Origin: Squalus acanthias
Lineage: Eukaryota
Length of the DNA stretch: 64,000 bases
Assembly: GCA_030390025.1 (NCBI GenBank)
Contig: CM059432.1
Span: 147,996,001 to 148,060,000 of the forward strand
Reading direction: 5' to 3'
Shown here: in pieces, positions 50,424 through 62,746 of the stretch
How the letters are laid out: the number at the start of each line of letters is the position of its first letter
Position numbering within the stretch: the stretch's first letter is position 1
Made by a program: the position numbers and the translations under genes
Notes under the pieces: model-generated
The model's database searches: none
The model's input: the letters and a program-made list of their open reading frames with translations, nothing else
What the model was told of the DNA's origin: nothing

Positions 50424-50811
50424 AATGTCTATGGATGTTGGGGGGAAAATTCGGTACATTAGCGCCTCAACGCCAGGTGGATTGTGACGTCAGTGAGCGT
50501 GAAACGCTCACTGACTGCCCGATCTGCGAAATTGATTGTTGCCACCGACCTTAGCGCCTGCAGGAAACAGCGACAAGGAGAGCTGGCATGAAGCACCAGG
50601 AAGCCGGTTCCAGGGATGTTATTTAAAAGGATCATCAGTAATGAGTCACAGCTGTAGGTTTGTGGAGTTTCAGTGCTTTCTTGTCAGTTTCACATAGTGT
50701 AACAGTCTCATTCCGTGATTTCAAGGTTATTTAGTATCAGGAGTGTTGTAGCAACTAAAAAGTAGCTACATTTATTCTTAAAAAATCAAACTGCTACACT
50801 AGGTTACATTA

Positions 50812-51930
50812 ATGGGGGCTGTACTGGCAGTCAACCTCGCCCTCCAGGATCTACGGTGGAGGGGCTGCAGACAGCGAGAAAGACTGGAACATGTGCCCAG
50901 AGTGAGGAGGAGGGCCATAAGGGCTCTCAACAGGAGGCCTTACCCTCCGAGGGTATTCCGAGAGCACTGCTCCTACCTCCAATTAAGCGAGGAGCAGTGT
51001 ATTAGAAGGCTCCGCTTCAGCAAGGATGTGGTCACCGAACTCTGCCACCTCCTGCAACCAGACCTTGAGCCTCAGATCAGGGTGAACACGGGTCTCTCAG
51101 TGACAGTCAAGGTCACCGTCGCCCTCAATTTCTTCACCAGCGGTTCCTTCTAGTCTACAACAGGAGATATAGCGAACATCTCGCAGTTCGCCATCCATCG
51201 CTGCATCCGGGAGGTCACAGAGGCTCTCTACAGTAGGAGAAGGGATTACATTTCCTTCCCCATCACCAGAGAGAAGCAGGACGAGTGTGCATGTGGCTTT
51301 GCCAGGATAGCAAGCTTCCCCATGATGCAGGGCGCCATTGATTGCACCCACGTGGCATTGCGGGCACCGCATAACAATCCTGAGATCTTCTATAACCACA
51401 AAGGCTACCATTCACTTAATTTGCAGTTGGTGTGCGACCACAGACAGCGAATTCTCAATGTGAATGCCCGCTATCCTGGCAGCAGCCACGATGCCTTCAT
51501 CCTGCACCAGACCAGTGTACCAGCACTCTTCCAGCCACCACGTCAAGCTTGCGGCTGGCTGGTCGGAGACAAGGGCTATCCGCTCTCCACCTGGCTCATG
51601 ACTTCCCTCTGCAACCCCAACACTCCTGCCCAGCACTCATATAATGAGAGCCATGCTGCCACCAGGAACATCAGCTTGCTGAAGCAACGGTTCCACTGCC
51701 TTGACCGCTCAGGAGAAGCCCTCTAGTACTCGGCTGAGCGGGTGTCCCATTTCGTGGTGGTCTTCTGCATGCTCCACAATTTGGCCATCATGAGGGCTGA
51801 GCCCTTGCCACCAGGGATTGCGGGACCACCTCAGGAGGAGCAAGAGGGAGAGGAGGAGGAGGAGGACGAGAAGGAAGAAGAAGACGACGAGGACAATGAG
51901 GAGGACGAGGAGGAGGAGGAACAGGAGTGA
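50812..51930 (+). pseudogene. Harbinger (HARBI1-like) DDE transposase, single frame with two TAG stops
   Basis: ORFs 50812, 51322 and 51742 share a frame; GAIDCTH, NHKGYHSLN, YPGSSHD, GDKGYP, LHN motifs; acidic tail. Confidence 0.92.
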
Positions 51931-52170
51931 GGGAGGAGGCAGCCACTCAATCGGCCTTCGGGAAGGGCGGTTTGTGACCACCTCATCAGACTGCAGTTCG
52001 AATGAATTAAACGCCAGATCCCCGTTGCTCACCACATCCCCATCATTCCATCCCTGTCGCAGGCCATTTCACAGCGCAAAGCTGAAATGAGAGACACCAC
52101 AAAAGAATCCAAACTGAATTAATAAATGTATCAATAATCAGTGAACACATATTTACAACAAAAATATTAA

Positions 52171-54005
52171 CTATTCACCCTTGTGCAATCCCTTAGTGCC
52201 TGTCGTTACTGTGCCCTTGCCTACTCTAGTGCTCCTATGAAGTGTTGGCCCAGTGGCTGCAGCACAGCTGGTGGAAGGCTGTTGAGTGTCTGTGTGGGAG
52301 ATTTCAGATGGCCTTGCAGGATACCCTGAATGAGCTCTGGACCTGGAAGGCCCAGCTGTAGACTGCACCACCTCAGCATGGGCGGCAGCAGTCTAGGATA
52401 GCTGGATGACAGGCAGCGACAAGGGCAATGTCGGAGTGGCAGTGGTGGGAGCAGGAATGCTGTCATCCTGAGGAAGGACAGCAGGTTCCTGCTCCACTGG
52501 CTAGCGGCCACTCTCCCGGGGCACGGATTGCTGGCCTGCTGCGACACTGTGAAAGCCCCGGTCGACGGAGGTAGACCCAGCCACGATAACAGCAGTCAGA
52601 GCTTGCGTAGCATCAAGCTGAGATTGTATGAGAACAGTCTGAGATTGGATGCCACCAAGCATAGACTGCATTACAGCACTAAGACGTTGCGTCGCTTCCG
52701 CCTGTGCTGCAGTGGAAGCTGCCAGATCGCCCATCACACGCGGCATCAGGTCTGGGTCGCCACGGTCTCTCTGGGAGTCTACCATCCTTTGCAGACTGGA
52801 AATGATGGGCTCCATGGTGTGCGCAGAGCCTTGTGCAATGTTGGAGGTGGACTCCTCCACGCTCCTTACCATTGCCGAGAGGTTCTTGGGCACCCTTGCC
52901 ATTGCGCCTTTCATCTCCGTGTGCATGCCCATCACCCTTCTTCTAAAGGCCTCCCCATCGAGGTCCTCATCTGAGTCCTGTGCAGCAGAACATGCCGCGA
53001 TCTCACCCTCGAGGGAGCTGGCCCCCGAGCTACCCTTTCCCCCTGGCCTTGCTGCAGCCCGCTACTATACTGGCCTCTAAAGAACGCGTAGTGCCATTAT
53101 CTGAGCTGATGCCTGCGGGTGAGACATGCAGTGACACAGTGTGCTCTTCCTCCTCCTCTTCTCCCACCTCGCTGTCTACCGTGCCCTTAGGGACAGGATG
53201 CTCAGGTGCTTGCTGATTATCTGAAAGCATAAAGGCACGAATCGGGTTAAGGTGAGGGGAAGGAGGCAGGAAGGGAGAAAGGCTGCATACAGCATGATTA
53301 GCTGGAAAGTGCGAAATGCTTGTGGGGTGAGGGGGAAGTGGGATGTGAGAAGAAGGAGTAGGGATGAACCCACTGTTGTTGTCCCCAAGGGGGTCAACGT
53401 TGCCGGTGGCCACGGCGCCCACTACCTGGCACCCAATGATTTGCAGCACTCTTTCCTCCAGCTCAGACAGTGGTTGGGTGTCGGCTTGTCCCCCGCCTGT
53501 GCGCTCCTGCTCCCTCCTGTTGTGAGCCACCTTGGCCTGCAAGAGAAAGGAAAGTGTGTGAGTGAGTGTGGAGCAATGTGTTTGGGTGATGTGCCTGTCA
53601 TAGTTGAATAACTGTCATTGTGGGCACTTGTGAGATGTGGGTGTGAGTGTTGCTAGGTAGAGATTGTTGGTGTGTGAGTGCTGGGGGTGTGGTACTTTTG
53701 GCAGTGTGATAAGATTGTGGTTCAGATGGTGGTACACAGCATTTGTTGAAGCATTGACTCACCCTAACCACCCGAGTGAGGTCGTTAAATTTCTTCCTGC
53801 ACTGTGTGTGAGTCCTGGGGACCACAGTGCTGCCTAAGACAGGCTGCGCTATCTCCCTCCACATGGTGCGGAAGACTTGTGGCGAGGGCCTCCTGCCACA
53901 TGCCGGGTAGAGCAACGCCCTCTGTTTCTCCACAGCGAACACCAACACCTCCAATGCTTGATCGCAGAATCTGCAGGCTCTCTCCCTGGGGCTTGGATCT
54001 GCCAT
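52171..54005 (-). pseudogene. Harbinger Myb/SANT partner gene, three exons (54005-53763, 53536-53374, 53220-52171; frameshifts in exon 3)
   Basis: RERACRF..LEVLV..WREIA..RTHTQCRKKFNDL; GT-AG junctions with compatible phases 0 and 1. Confidence 0.85.
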
Positions 54006-54200
54006 GAGTACAGCTGCTTCAGTCCTCTGGCTCCTTCTCCTTGTTGTGCTTCTCCTTGCTGAGGCAGCTGCACAGCCAGCAATGCTGAGAACGATGATCT
54101 GCAGCATCAATGAACCGCCCCTTTAAGAACGGGAAAATGCCTGTGGCAATCATGACTTGTGATTAGACTGCACCTGATATTGGTCCACCCTTTGCGTGTA

Positions 54201-54656
54201 CTCTTTTGAGCAACCCATAAACAAATAGACTGTAACTAATAAAACATTAAATGAAACTTAACAAATTAATTTAAAATTTGGTTGTCGTTGGTGATTATGC
54301 ACTCCAGTCCCTGCAGTGCCCATCGGTCGCAGAAGGCCTCGAGCATGCCAGCGGTCACTGCGTGCTCCATTTCCAGGGCCACCCGGGCATGAACGTGGCC
54401 GCGGAAGAGAGGCAGGCAGTCGGGCCGAACGACCCCCTCAACCGCCCGCTGCCTGGACCAGTTGATGGCCACTTTGGCCAGGCCCAGGAGCAGTCCCATG
54501 AGGAGGTCCCCCGATCTGCCCGCTCCCCTCCGTACCGGGTGACCAACGATCAGGAGCGTGGGACTGAAGTGCAGCCAAAAATCGAGGAGCAGCCCCTTCA
54601 AATAATGGAAGAGGGGCTGCAACCTCTCACATTCGATATAAACATGGAACACGGAC
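54201..54656 (-). mobile_element. Tx1/L1-clade LINE 3' fragment
   Basis: ESVFHVYIECERLQPLF..LLLGLAKVAI C-terminus after CCHC finger; TCCACCCTTTGCGTGTA at 54184-54200 and 54657-54673. Confidence 0.8.
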
Positions 54657-55778
54657 TCCACCCTTTGCGTGTAATGCCAATGAGCTTGGGCATCAAGACT
54701 TGAATTAGGACTCCAATCATTTCTTTGAGCAATTGGAATGAATTTTGTGTGCAGTCTAAAGCATTAGCGCCTGGCGCGAATTCTCCAACTTTTCTAATTA
54801 TACTGCCAAGTCCTGGGCTATAATTAATTTCTAGTCCGTTATTTATGTGGACTTCCAGAAAGCATTCGATAAAGTCCATCATAAGAGGCTGTTAGCTAAA
54901 GTTGAAAATCATGGAATTGAAGGCAAATATTGACCTGGTTAGGAAATTGGCTGAGCGGCAGGAGACAGAGAGTAGGGATAATGGGCAGGTACTCTAATTG
55001 GCAGGATGTGACTAGTGGCGTCCCACAGCGAACTGTATTGGCGCCTCAACTATTCATCGTATTTATTAACAAATTAAATGTTGGGATAGAGAGCCACATA
55101 TCCAAGTTTGCTGATGACACAAAGATAGGCGGCATTGTAAGAAGTGGAAGCATAAGGTTATAAAGAGATATTCATAGATTAAGTGAATGAGCAAAACTGA
55201 GGTAAATGGATTTCAATATAGGCAAGTTTGAGGTCATCCACTTTGGACTTAAAAACGATAGAACAGAGTACTTTCTAAATGGTAAAAAGTTAGAAACAGT
55301 GGAGGTCCAAAGAGACTCAGGGGTCCAAGTACATAGATCAGTAAAATGTCATGACAGGTACAGAAAATAATCAAAAAGTTGAATAGAATGCTGACCTTTA
55401 TATCTAGAGGACTAGAATACAAGGGGGTAGAAGTTATGCTGCAGTTGTAGTGGGACCACACCTGGAATACTGTGAGCAGTTCTGGGCACCACACCTTAGG
55501 AAGGATATATTGGCCTTGGAGGGGTTGCAAGGTAGATTTACCAGAGTGATACCTGGACTCCAAGGGTTAAGTTATGAGGAGAGATTACACAAATTAGGGT
55601 TGTATTCCCTGGAATTTAGAAGGTTAAGGGGTGATTTGATCGAAGTTTTCAAGATATTAAATGGAGCTGATAGGGTAGATAGAGAGAAACTATTTCCACT
55701 GGTTGGGGAGTCTAGGACTAAGGGACATAGCCTAAAAGTTAGAGTCAGGCCTTTCAGAAGTGCAGTTAGGAAACACTT

Positions 55779-56096
55779 CACAGAATCACAGAATCCCCAC
55801 AGTGCAGATAGAGGCCATTTCAGCCCATCGAGCCTGCACCGACACATAACCCACCCTATCCCCGTAACCCCACGTATTTAATCCCCCTAACACTAAGGGT
55901 CAATTTATCGTAGCCAAATCAACCTAACCCGCACATCTTTGGACTGTGGGAGGAAACCGGAGCACCCGGAGGAAACCCACGCAGACACGGGGAGAATGTG
56001 CAAACTCCACACAGACAGTCACCCGAGGCCGGATTCGAACCCGGGTCCCTGGCGCTGTGAGGCAACAGTGCTAACCACTATGCCACCGTGTTGCCC
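55779..56096 (-). mobile_element. HE1-like V-SINE
   Basis: Reverse-complement copy of 25655 element; (ATTCTGTG)n tail. Confidence 0.9.
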
Positions 56097-56450
56097 ACAA
56101 TGGGTGGTAGAAGTTTGGAACTCTATTCCGTAAACGGTAGTTGATGCTAGATCAATTGTTAATTTTAAATCTGAGATTGATAGATTTTTGTTAACCAAAG
56201 GTATTAAGGGATACGGGGCAAAGGCGGGTATATTAAGTTAGGTCGCAGATCAGCCATGATCTCATTGAATGGCAGAACAGGCTCGAGGGGCTAAATGGCC
56301 TCCTCCTGTATGTGAGGTATCTTAGCAAAGACTTTCAGAAAATCCAGGTAGACCATGTTTGCTGGAATGCCCTCATCTATAACCTAGTAAATACTTCAAA
56401 AAATTATAGCACATTAGTAAGACACAACCTTCTTGTCCAGAATCCATGTT

Positions 56451-56611
56451 CAATGTTCTCCCTTTTTGTTTGGGTGCGCGGCCCCTTTAAGGGTCTGCGC
56501 GGCCCATTCACAGTTCCATGCATGTGCAAAATTTAACATTGGAAAAGCCGTTCCCGGGCTGTGCGGGACTGGCAGACAGCAGCACGGCCGTACAGCTTCA
56601 TGGGGACGTTG
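56451..56611. mobile_element. hAT-type MITE (related to 29290-29454)
   Basis: CAATGTTCTC / CAACGTCCCC (rc) ends; TCCATGTT and ACCATGTT flanks (7/8 TSD); shared GCCCCTTTAAGGG. Confidence 0.75.
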
Positions 56612-57180
56612 ACCATGTTGGGTGTCCCTGATTATTCCTTCTCTATTCAGGTTATCATGAAGAGCATCTCTTATGATCCATTTGAGCATCTTATCTATAA
56701 CTGAAGTCAAACTAATAGGCCTATAATTCCTTGATTCTGCCTTATCCCCCTTTTTGAAAACTGGAATTACATGGGCATCCTTCCAGTACAAGGGAACAGT
56801 CCCCCTGACTCCAGAGAGCTGTTAAAGGCACAGGAAAGGAGCTCTCAAAGCACATGCTCCAACTCTTTAAGAATCCTCAAGTGGATGTCATCTGGGCCGG
56901 CAGCCTGATCTATTGTAAGATATCTACGTCTATCTAAGGTGATTTCCTCGGCTATTTTAACATTCACATTTTTTTTGTTAGCAGTGCAACTTATTGCTGA
57001 TAGTTAATCATTGACTTCAGGATTCAAGATTGATGCAAAGTGAATACCTCTGCCATCTCCTCGGAGTCCATTTCAATCTGTCCCTGGGAATCTTTCAATG
57101 GCCCTATAAAGTCTTTCACAGTCCTCTGACTATTAACGTAGTTAAAAAAAAGCTTTTACTATTTCTATCACAATTTTCTA

Positions 57181-57629
57181 CTTTCTTTCTTCTTAGGCAG
57201 TCCCTCGGAGCCGAGGATGACTTGCTTCCACACTAAAAATGAGTTCTCAGGTGACTGATGAGTCCAATGCGGGGACCTACAGTCTCTGTCACAGGTGGGG
57301 CAGACGGTGGTTGAAGGGGCGGGTGGGTGGGGTGCTTGGGTTGACCTGCGCTCCTTGCGCTGCCTGCGCTTGGCTTCCGCTTGCTCCCGGAGAAGAGACT
57401 CGAGGTGTTCAGCGCCTTCCCGGATGCTTCTCCTCCACCTTGTGCGGTCTTGGGCCAGGGATTCCCAGGTGTCGGTGGGGATGCTGCACTTTTTCAAGGA
57501 GGCTTTGAGGGTGTCCTTGAAGCGTTTCCTCTGCCCACTGTGCCATGTCGGAGCTCCGAGTAGAGCCCTTGTTTTGGGAGTGTCGTATCGGGCATGCGGA
57601 CAATGTGACCTGTCCATCGGAGCTGATCG
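57181..57629 (-). mobile_element. RTE-clade LINE 3' fragment
   Basis: GQRKRFKDTLK..WESLAQDRTRWR..CPTCDRDC..GLISHLRTH; GAA/GAAA tail; ~40-bp flanking duplication. Confidence 0.85.
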
Positions 57630-59444
57630 AGTTAAAAAAAACTTTTACTATTTCTATCACAATTTTCTATTCTCCTTCTCTCCAATGACCTTTCAAGTGC
57701 TCTGATAGCAGCTTTGTTTTCTTTAATTGGATGGGCATGATATATATCTTTGTTTTCCCCAGAATTACATTTTTTAAATCTATGGAAACATTTTTGTTTA
57801 AGTCTAATTTGCCGTTGTCCATGACCAATCAGCCACCTTGGATTAATCTTGTCATGTGTGCCCTTCTTTCACTTTAGAGACATACATGGTTTCTCTGTAC
57901 TTTAAGAAATTCTTAAAGATTTGCTATTTGTCTTCAGTATCAGTAGCATCCCCACCGAGTTTAGCTACGCAAGTGACCTGATCTAAGTCTTCTGCCATTT
58001 TAGTCAAACCGGTTCTTTTAAAATCTGGAATTAGATGTAAATTCATAAGATCTGTGTGACCTTTGAATTCTTTGGTGGGTACTAACTTGTACTACACCCT
58101 CCTCAAATGTTGCCTCACCCTCCCTTCCCTCATCCTGTACCGCTCATCCTCCACCTTCACTAAAATTGCAAACAAGAAAGTCCCCATTGGAAATCCCTTA
58201 ACTGTAACTCAGAGTCGCTTACATTTCGGGGGTGGAAAAAATATCCTGGTGGTCTCACAGGCCTTCGAGCTGTCAAAGGCAAGGTCATCTGTATCCAGCT
58301 GCAAAGCAACAAAAATAAAAGCTCTTTTGTAACTCCAGCAATCACTTTTCAAAGTTTTTTTAGGCTGTAGGCGCCAAAGGAAAACACTTGCGCCAGTCTC
58401 AGTGGGAGCTGACAATAGGTGTGCCTCTTTTCACTCGGTGCTAATGACACTTGGTACGTTGGTGGTACAAGTCACAGGATTTGGCCACTCCAACAGCATT
58501 GCTATTCATTTAGATCCCTGTCAGGTAGTGCATTCTAGATCATAACAATACTCAGCATAAAAAAAATTCTCATTTCCGCCCCCCCCCAGACAAATTTCTC
58601 CACACCCACAATGCTGCCACTACGGGGTGGAAACAGGTCCTGCCCCAGAATCCATTCCAGAAAATGTCAATACGCTGGAATTTCACCCGAATCTCACCAC
58701 AAAATGTGTGCAAATTTGGGGTCAGTGCCGTGGGATGGCCAGAAACTGGAATGGTGGGACTAGCACAGTGTCTGCTGGGAGATACAAGCATGTAGCTGGG
58801 TGGCAATGACTAGTCTGAGGATCTTGGAGAGAAATAGCAGATCGAAGATTAGGCAATAATTTGCGATGCGAGAGGAATTAGTGTTAGAATGTTAAGAAGG
58901 GATGGGAGGGTAGGGGGTGATTGGCAACAGCTGTCCTGAATTTAAAAAATTGTGCCCTTTCATTTTTAATGTAATTAGATATCGGGGTGAATTTTCCAGC
59001 GACCAGGCGTGTGTCATGCTGTAGCACACTGGGCACCTGCCATCATATTATTGGCCTCCTTATGTTATCAGCATCCCTCAGCTGTGGTTTTACACATAGC
59101 AGCCAGTTTATTTCAACACCGGACAAGAACCAGACGTCACATTTTACTCTGCCATTGCACCAAAATGCAATTCACATAACAATTTCCTCATTCTTCACTG
59201 AATGTCTGGAGCACATTAGCAAACCACATGCTGCTTGCACAGGAACTGTGTTTTACATCCAGCATCTCTGGACTAATACAATTAAATACTTCTAGATGAT
59301 AAATTCCTTTAAAAGTGAAAGAAAAAATACAAGTCATACCCTTTTTTTGTTTATGTGGGAAAATGTTATGATCTAACCTACCTAGCACAGACGCGTGCAA
59401 CAAGTATGGAGGTTCATTCACGTTCTGCTTGATTTTTTTTTTCA

Positions 59445-59910
59445 AAAAAAAAGAAAGACTTGCATTGCATTTATATAGCCCCTTTCGCTACCTCAGGACG
59501 TCCCGAAGTGCTTTGCAAAACCAATTAAATGCTTTTGAAGTGTAGTCACTGTTGTAATGTAGGAAACACGGCAGCCAATGTGTGCACAGCAAGATCCCAC
59601 AAACAGCAATGAGACAATGACCAGAGAATCTGTTTTCGTGATGTTGGTTGAGGGATAAATATTGGCCGGGAGACTAGGAAGAAGATCCCTGCTCTTCCTC
59701 AAATAATGCCATGGGATCTTTTATGTCCACCTGAGAGGGCAGAACAGTTTAACATCTCATCTGAAAGACGGCACCTCCGACAGTGCAGCGCTCCCTCACT
59801 ACTGCATAGGAGTGTCAGCATAGATTTTCGTGCTCAAGTCTCCTGGAGTGGGACTTGAACCCACGACCTTCTAACTCAGAGGCGAGAGTGCTACCACTGA
59901 GCCACAGGTG
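59445..59910 (-). mobile_element. Deu-domain SINE (SacSINE1-like), near full length
   Basis: rc has TGGCTCAGTGG A box, GGTTCAAGTCC B box, Deu core and L2-like tail. Tail-only copies at ~34675-34785, 36148-36270 and 41372-41492. Confidence 0.8.
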
Positions 59911-60067
59911 CCCCCTTAAAACCAATAAAATGAAAATTGGGCTGCAAATTGGGCATGCTGACCTCTGCATACAATTTCCCAACATGTGCTCCTGTTATAA
60001 AAACAACAGTGACTCCACTTCAAGAGTAATTAATTGGCTGTGACGCACTTTGAGATGCCGTGATTAT

Positions 60068-61085
60068 GTGAGTGGGCAAAACTGTGGCAGATAGAGTTCA
60101 ATGTGGGGAAGTGTGAGATCATCTACTTTGGAGTTGAGAAAGATCGATCAAAATATTTTCTAAATGGTGAGAAGCTAGGAACTGTGGAGGAGCAGAGAGA
60201 TTTAGGGTTCCAAGTACAGAAATCACTATAGGAGGGATGTGATTGCATTGGAGAGGGTGCAGAGGAGATTCACCAGGATGTTAACTGGGCTGGAGCGCTT
60301 CAGCTATGAAGAGAGACTGGACAGGCTGGGGTTGTTTTCCTTCAATCAGAGAAGGCTGAGGGGGGACCTGATTGAGGTGTACAAAATTATGAGGGGCATA
60401 GATAGGGTAGATAGAAAGGAACTTTTCCCCTTAGTAGAGGGGTCAGTAACCAGGGGGCATAGTTTCAAGGTAAGGGGCAGGAGGTTTAGAGGGGATTTGA
60501 GGAAAAACTTTTTCACCCAGAGGGTGGTTGGAATCTGGAACTCACTGCCTGAAAGGGTGGTAGAGGCAGGAACCCTCACAACATTCAAGAAGCATTTAGA
60601 TGAGCACTTGAAACGCCACAGCATACAAGGCTACGGACCAAGTGCTGGAAAATGGGATTAGAAATAGACAGGGCTTGATGGCCGGCGCGGACACGATGGG
60701 CCGAAGGGCCTCTTTCTGTACTGTATAACTCTATGACTCTATGAGCTAGTGGACAGGGTCAAAAAAATAATTAAAATGGCTAATGGAATGTTGGCATTTA
60801 CCTCAAGAGGGCTGGAAGTTAGGTTCCAGCTGTACAGAGCTCTGGTGATATCCCATCTGGAGTCACTGCGTCAGTTGTGGGCCCCGCACCTCAGGAAGGA
60901 TATATTGGCCTTGGAGGGGGAGCAGCGCAGATTCACCAGGATGATACCGGGGCTAAAAGGGGTAAATTATGAGGACAGGTTGCATAGACTAGGCCTGTAT
61001 TCCCTTGAATATAGAAGATAAAGGGGTGATTTAATTGAGGTGTTTCAGATGATTAAAGGATTTGATAGCGTAGGTAGAGAGAAAG
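60068..61085 (+). mobile_element. CR1 fragment with nested younger CR1 3' end (60228-60745)
   Basis: IALERVQRRFTRM..SAGKWD + (CTCTATGA)n; outer CR1 resumes LWAPHLRKDILALE. Confidence 0.88.
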
Positions 61086-61169
61086 GGGGCTATTTTGGTG
61101 AAAGGGTGACAACAAGCAGTAAGTGGGTGCTGTGCCAATAAAACACGTCTGTTCGAAAGTGGGAAAGGT

Positions 61170-61505
61170 GGCAGCTATTTTGCGCACAGCAAAGTCTCAC
61201 AAACAGCAATGTCATGATGACCGGATAATCTGTTTTTAGGGATGTTGGTTGAGGGATAAATATTGGCCCCAGGACACCGGGTAAAACTCCGCTGCTCTTC
61301 TTCGAAGTAGTGGCCACAAGACCTATTACGTCCACCTGAGAGAGCAGACGGAGCCTCGGTTTAACGTCTCGTCCGAAAGACGGCACCTGCGACAGTGCGG
61401 CACTCCCTCAGCACTGCACTGGGAGTGTCAGCCTAGATTTTGGACTCAAGTCTCTGAAGTGATTTGAGCCCACATGAGAGTGCTTCCACTGAGCCATGGC
61501 TGGCA
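61170..61505 (-). mobile_element. Deu-domain SINE fragment
   Basis: Similar to 59580-59905. Confidence 0.75.
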
Positions 61506-61848
61506 GCTTCGAAGACTGGTTGGGCCGAACAGCCTGTTTCCGTGTTGTAATTTTTATGCAATTCCAAGAAATCTTTTGAAAAGAGTTCAACTGCTAAGAA
61601 CATTTCAGAAACTTTAACATTACTATTGACAAAAGTTTCTTGACAGTAAATGTGTAATAGTATTTTGGGAAATAGCTTTCAGCTCTTTATTATTGACTGT
61701 CCTATTTACACTCCAATCGATTTTACACTCCATTGACTTCAAATCAGGCAGGGTGTAAATCAGGCGTCCCACTCGATTCTGGCCTTTTCCCGCCTAGCCA
61801 GTTAGGTTATAATTACACCCTGTATTTTTGTGATGTTACAAACATAAA

Positions 61849-62068
61849 GACCTGAAATTTCTCGCTGGTTGGGTTAGGTTAAAATCGGGGCTATAAAATC
61901 GGTTTCTGTGGAGGTTCTCCGGTTTGTCCCCGTAACTTCATTGGAATAGCTATGGAAAGCCCGGAAAACGGTGTGAACGCTGCTTATGGGCATTTTCCCA
62001 GGGTTTCTGTAGCCCTTCCGCCGAAGTCACAATAGACGGGCGGGAGATCCCCTGCGTAAATTCACCCC
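61849..62068. mobile_element. Short MITE-like element
   Basis: GACCTGAAATTTCTCGC ... GCGTAAATTCACCCC imperfect inverted ends; resembles ~30250-30400. Confidence 0.45.
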
Positions 62069-62479
62069 TGAGGTGTAGAAGGAATATACAATGGGGAGTG
62101 GGAAGAAAGTGCCTTCACTCTCAAGGATGTCCGTACTCCTTTGTGGAGATATTTATCCTATCTCACTGTTAGGTGTGACATATTCTCCAGTTACCTTTTA
62201 CTGTTGGACTCTTCAACAGAATGATTAATGAACACACAGTGCCAAGTTTTTGTTTTGATATCGATGACATATGTGTCTACATGTAATTTGATTCTGTGAT
62301 TATACACATATCTCTATTTATAATGCTTGTAGGTTAAGGTTGACAGATGGCCTGCCTCACTGCTCTGCTAAACAAACTAATGTATTTTCTTTCTTTAAGT
62401 GATTCCAATACCATGTCAGGAAGGCTGTGTGTTCTACAACAGTGACTCCTCATTTTTGCAACTTAGAGGCTTTCTTTGG

Positions 62480-62746
62480 TTTAAGATTAGGGCTCATGGG
62501 GTTGGGGGTAATATAGTAGCATGGATAGAGGATTGGTTAACGGACAAAAAACAGAGAGTCGGGATAAACGAGTCATTTTCTAGTTAGCAGGCTGTAACTA
62601 GTGGGATGCCGCAAGGATCAGTGCTTGGGGCCTCAGCTATTGACAATCTATATTAGTGACTTAGATGAAGGGACCGAGTGCAGTGTATCCAAGTTTGCTG
62701 ATGCTACAAAGCTAGGTGGGAAAGTAAGCTGTGAGGAGGACGCAAA
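62480..62746 (+). mobile_element. CR1 RT fragment
   Basis: WIEDWLTDKKQRV; LGPQLLTIYISDL..KFAD. Confidence 0.8.

Larger units (their letters stand above)
50440..54837. mobile_element. Near-complete PIF/Harbinger transposon with two convergent genes
   Basis: GTT TSD at 50437-50439 and 54838-54840; ends GGGGGGAAAATT / GGACTAGAAATT (rc); host CR1 frame rejoins. Confidence 0.9.
49700..56310 (+). mobile_element. CR1 RT/3' end hosting PLE, Harbinger and V-SINE insertions
   Basis: SQHGFVKGRSCLTNL; MDV|IYVDFQKAFDKV rejoins across 50440-54840; KFADD; CR1 tail ~56310. Confidence 0.88.
56312..58090 (-). mobile_element. Old CR1 fragment with nested MITE and RTE
   Basis: WKDAHVIPVFKKG..NYRPISLTS..QHG. 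Ends approximate. Confidence 0.75.

Noticed and set aside
50812..51930. Host HARBI1 gene
   Set aside because: In-frame stops, missing catalytic Glu region, TSD, linked Myb gene and many paralogous remnants indicate a transposon copy.
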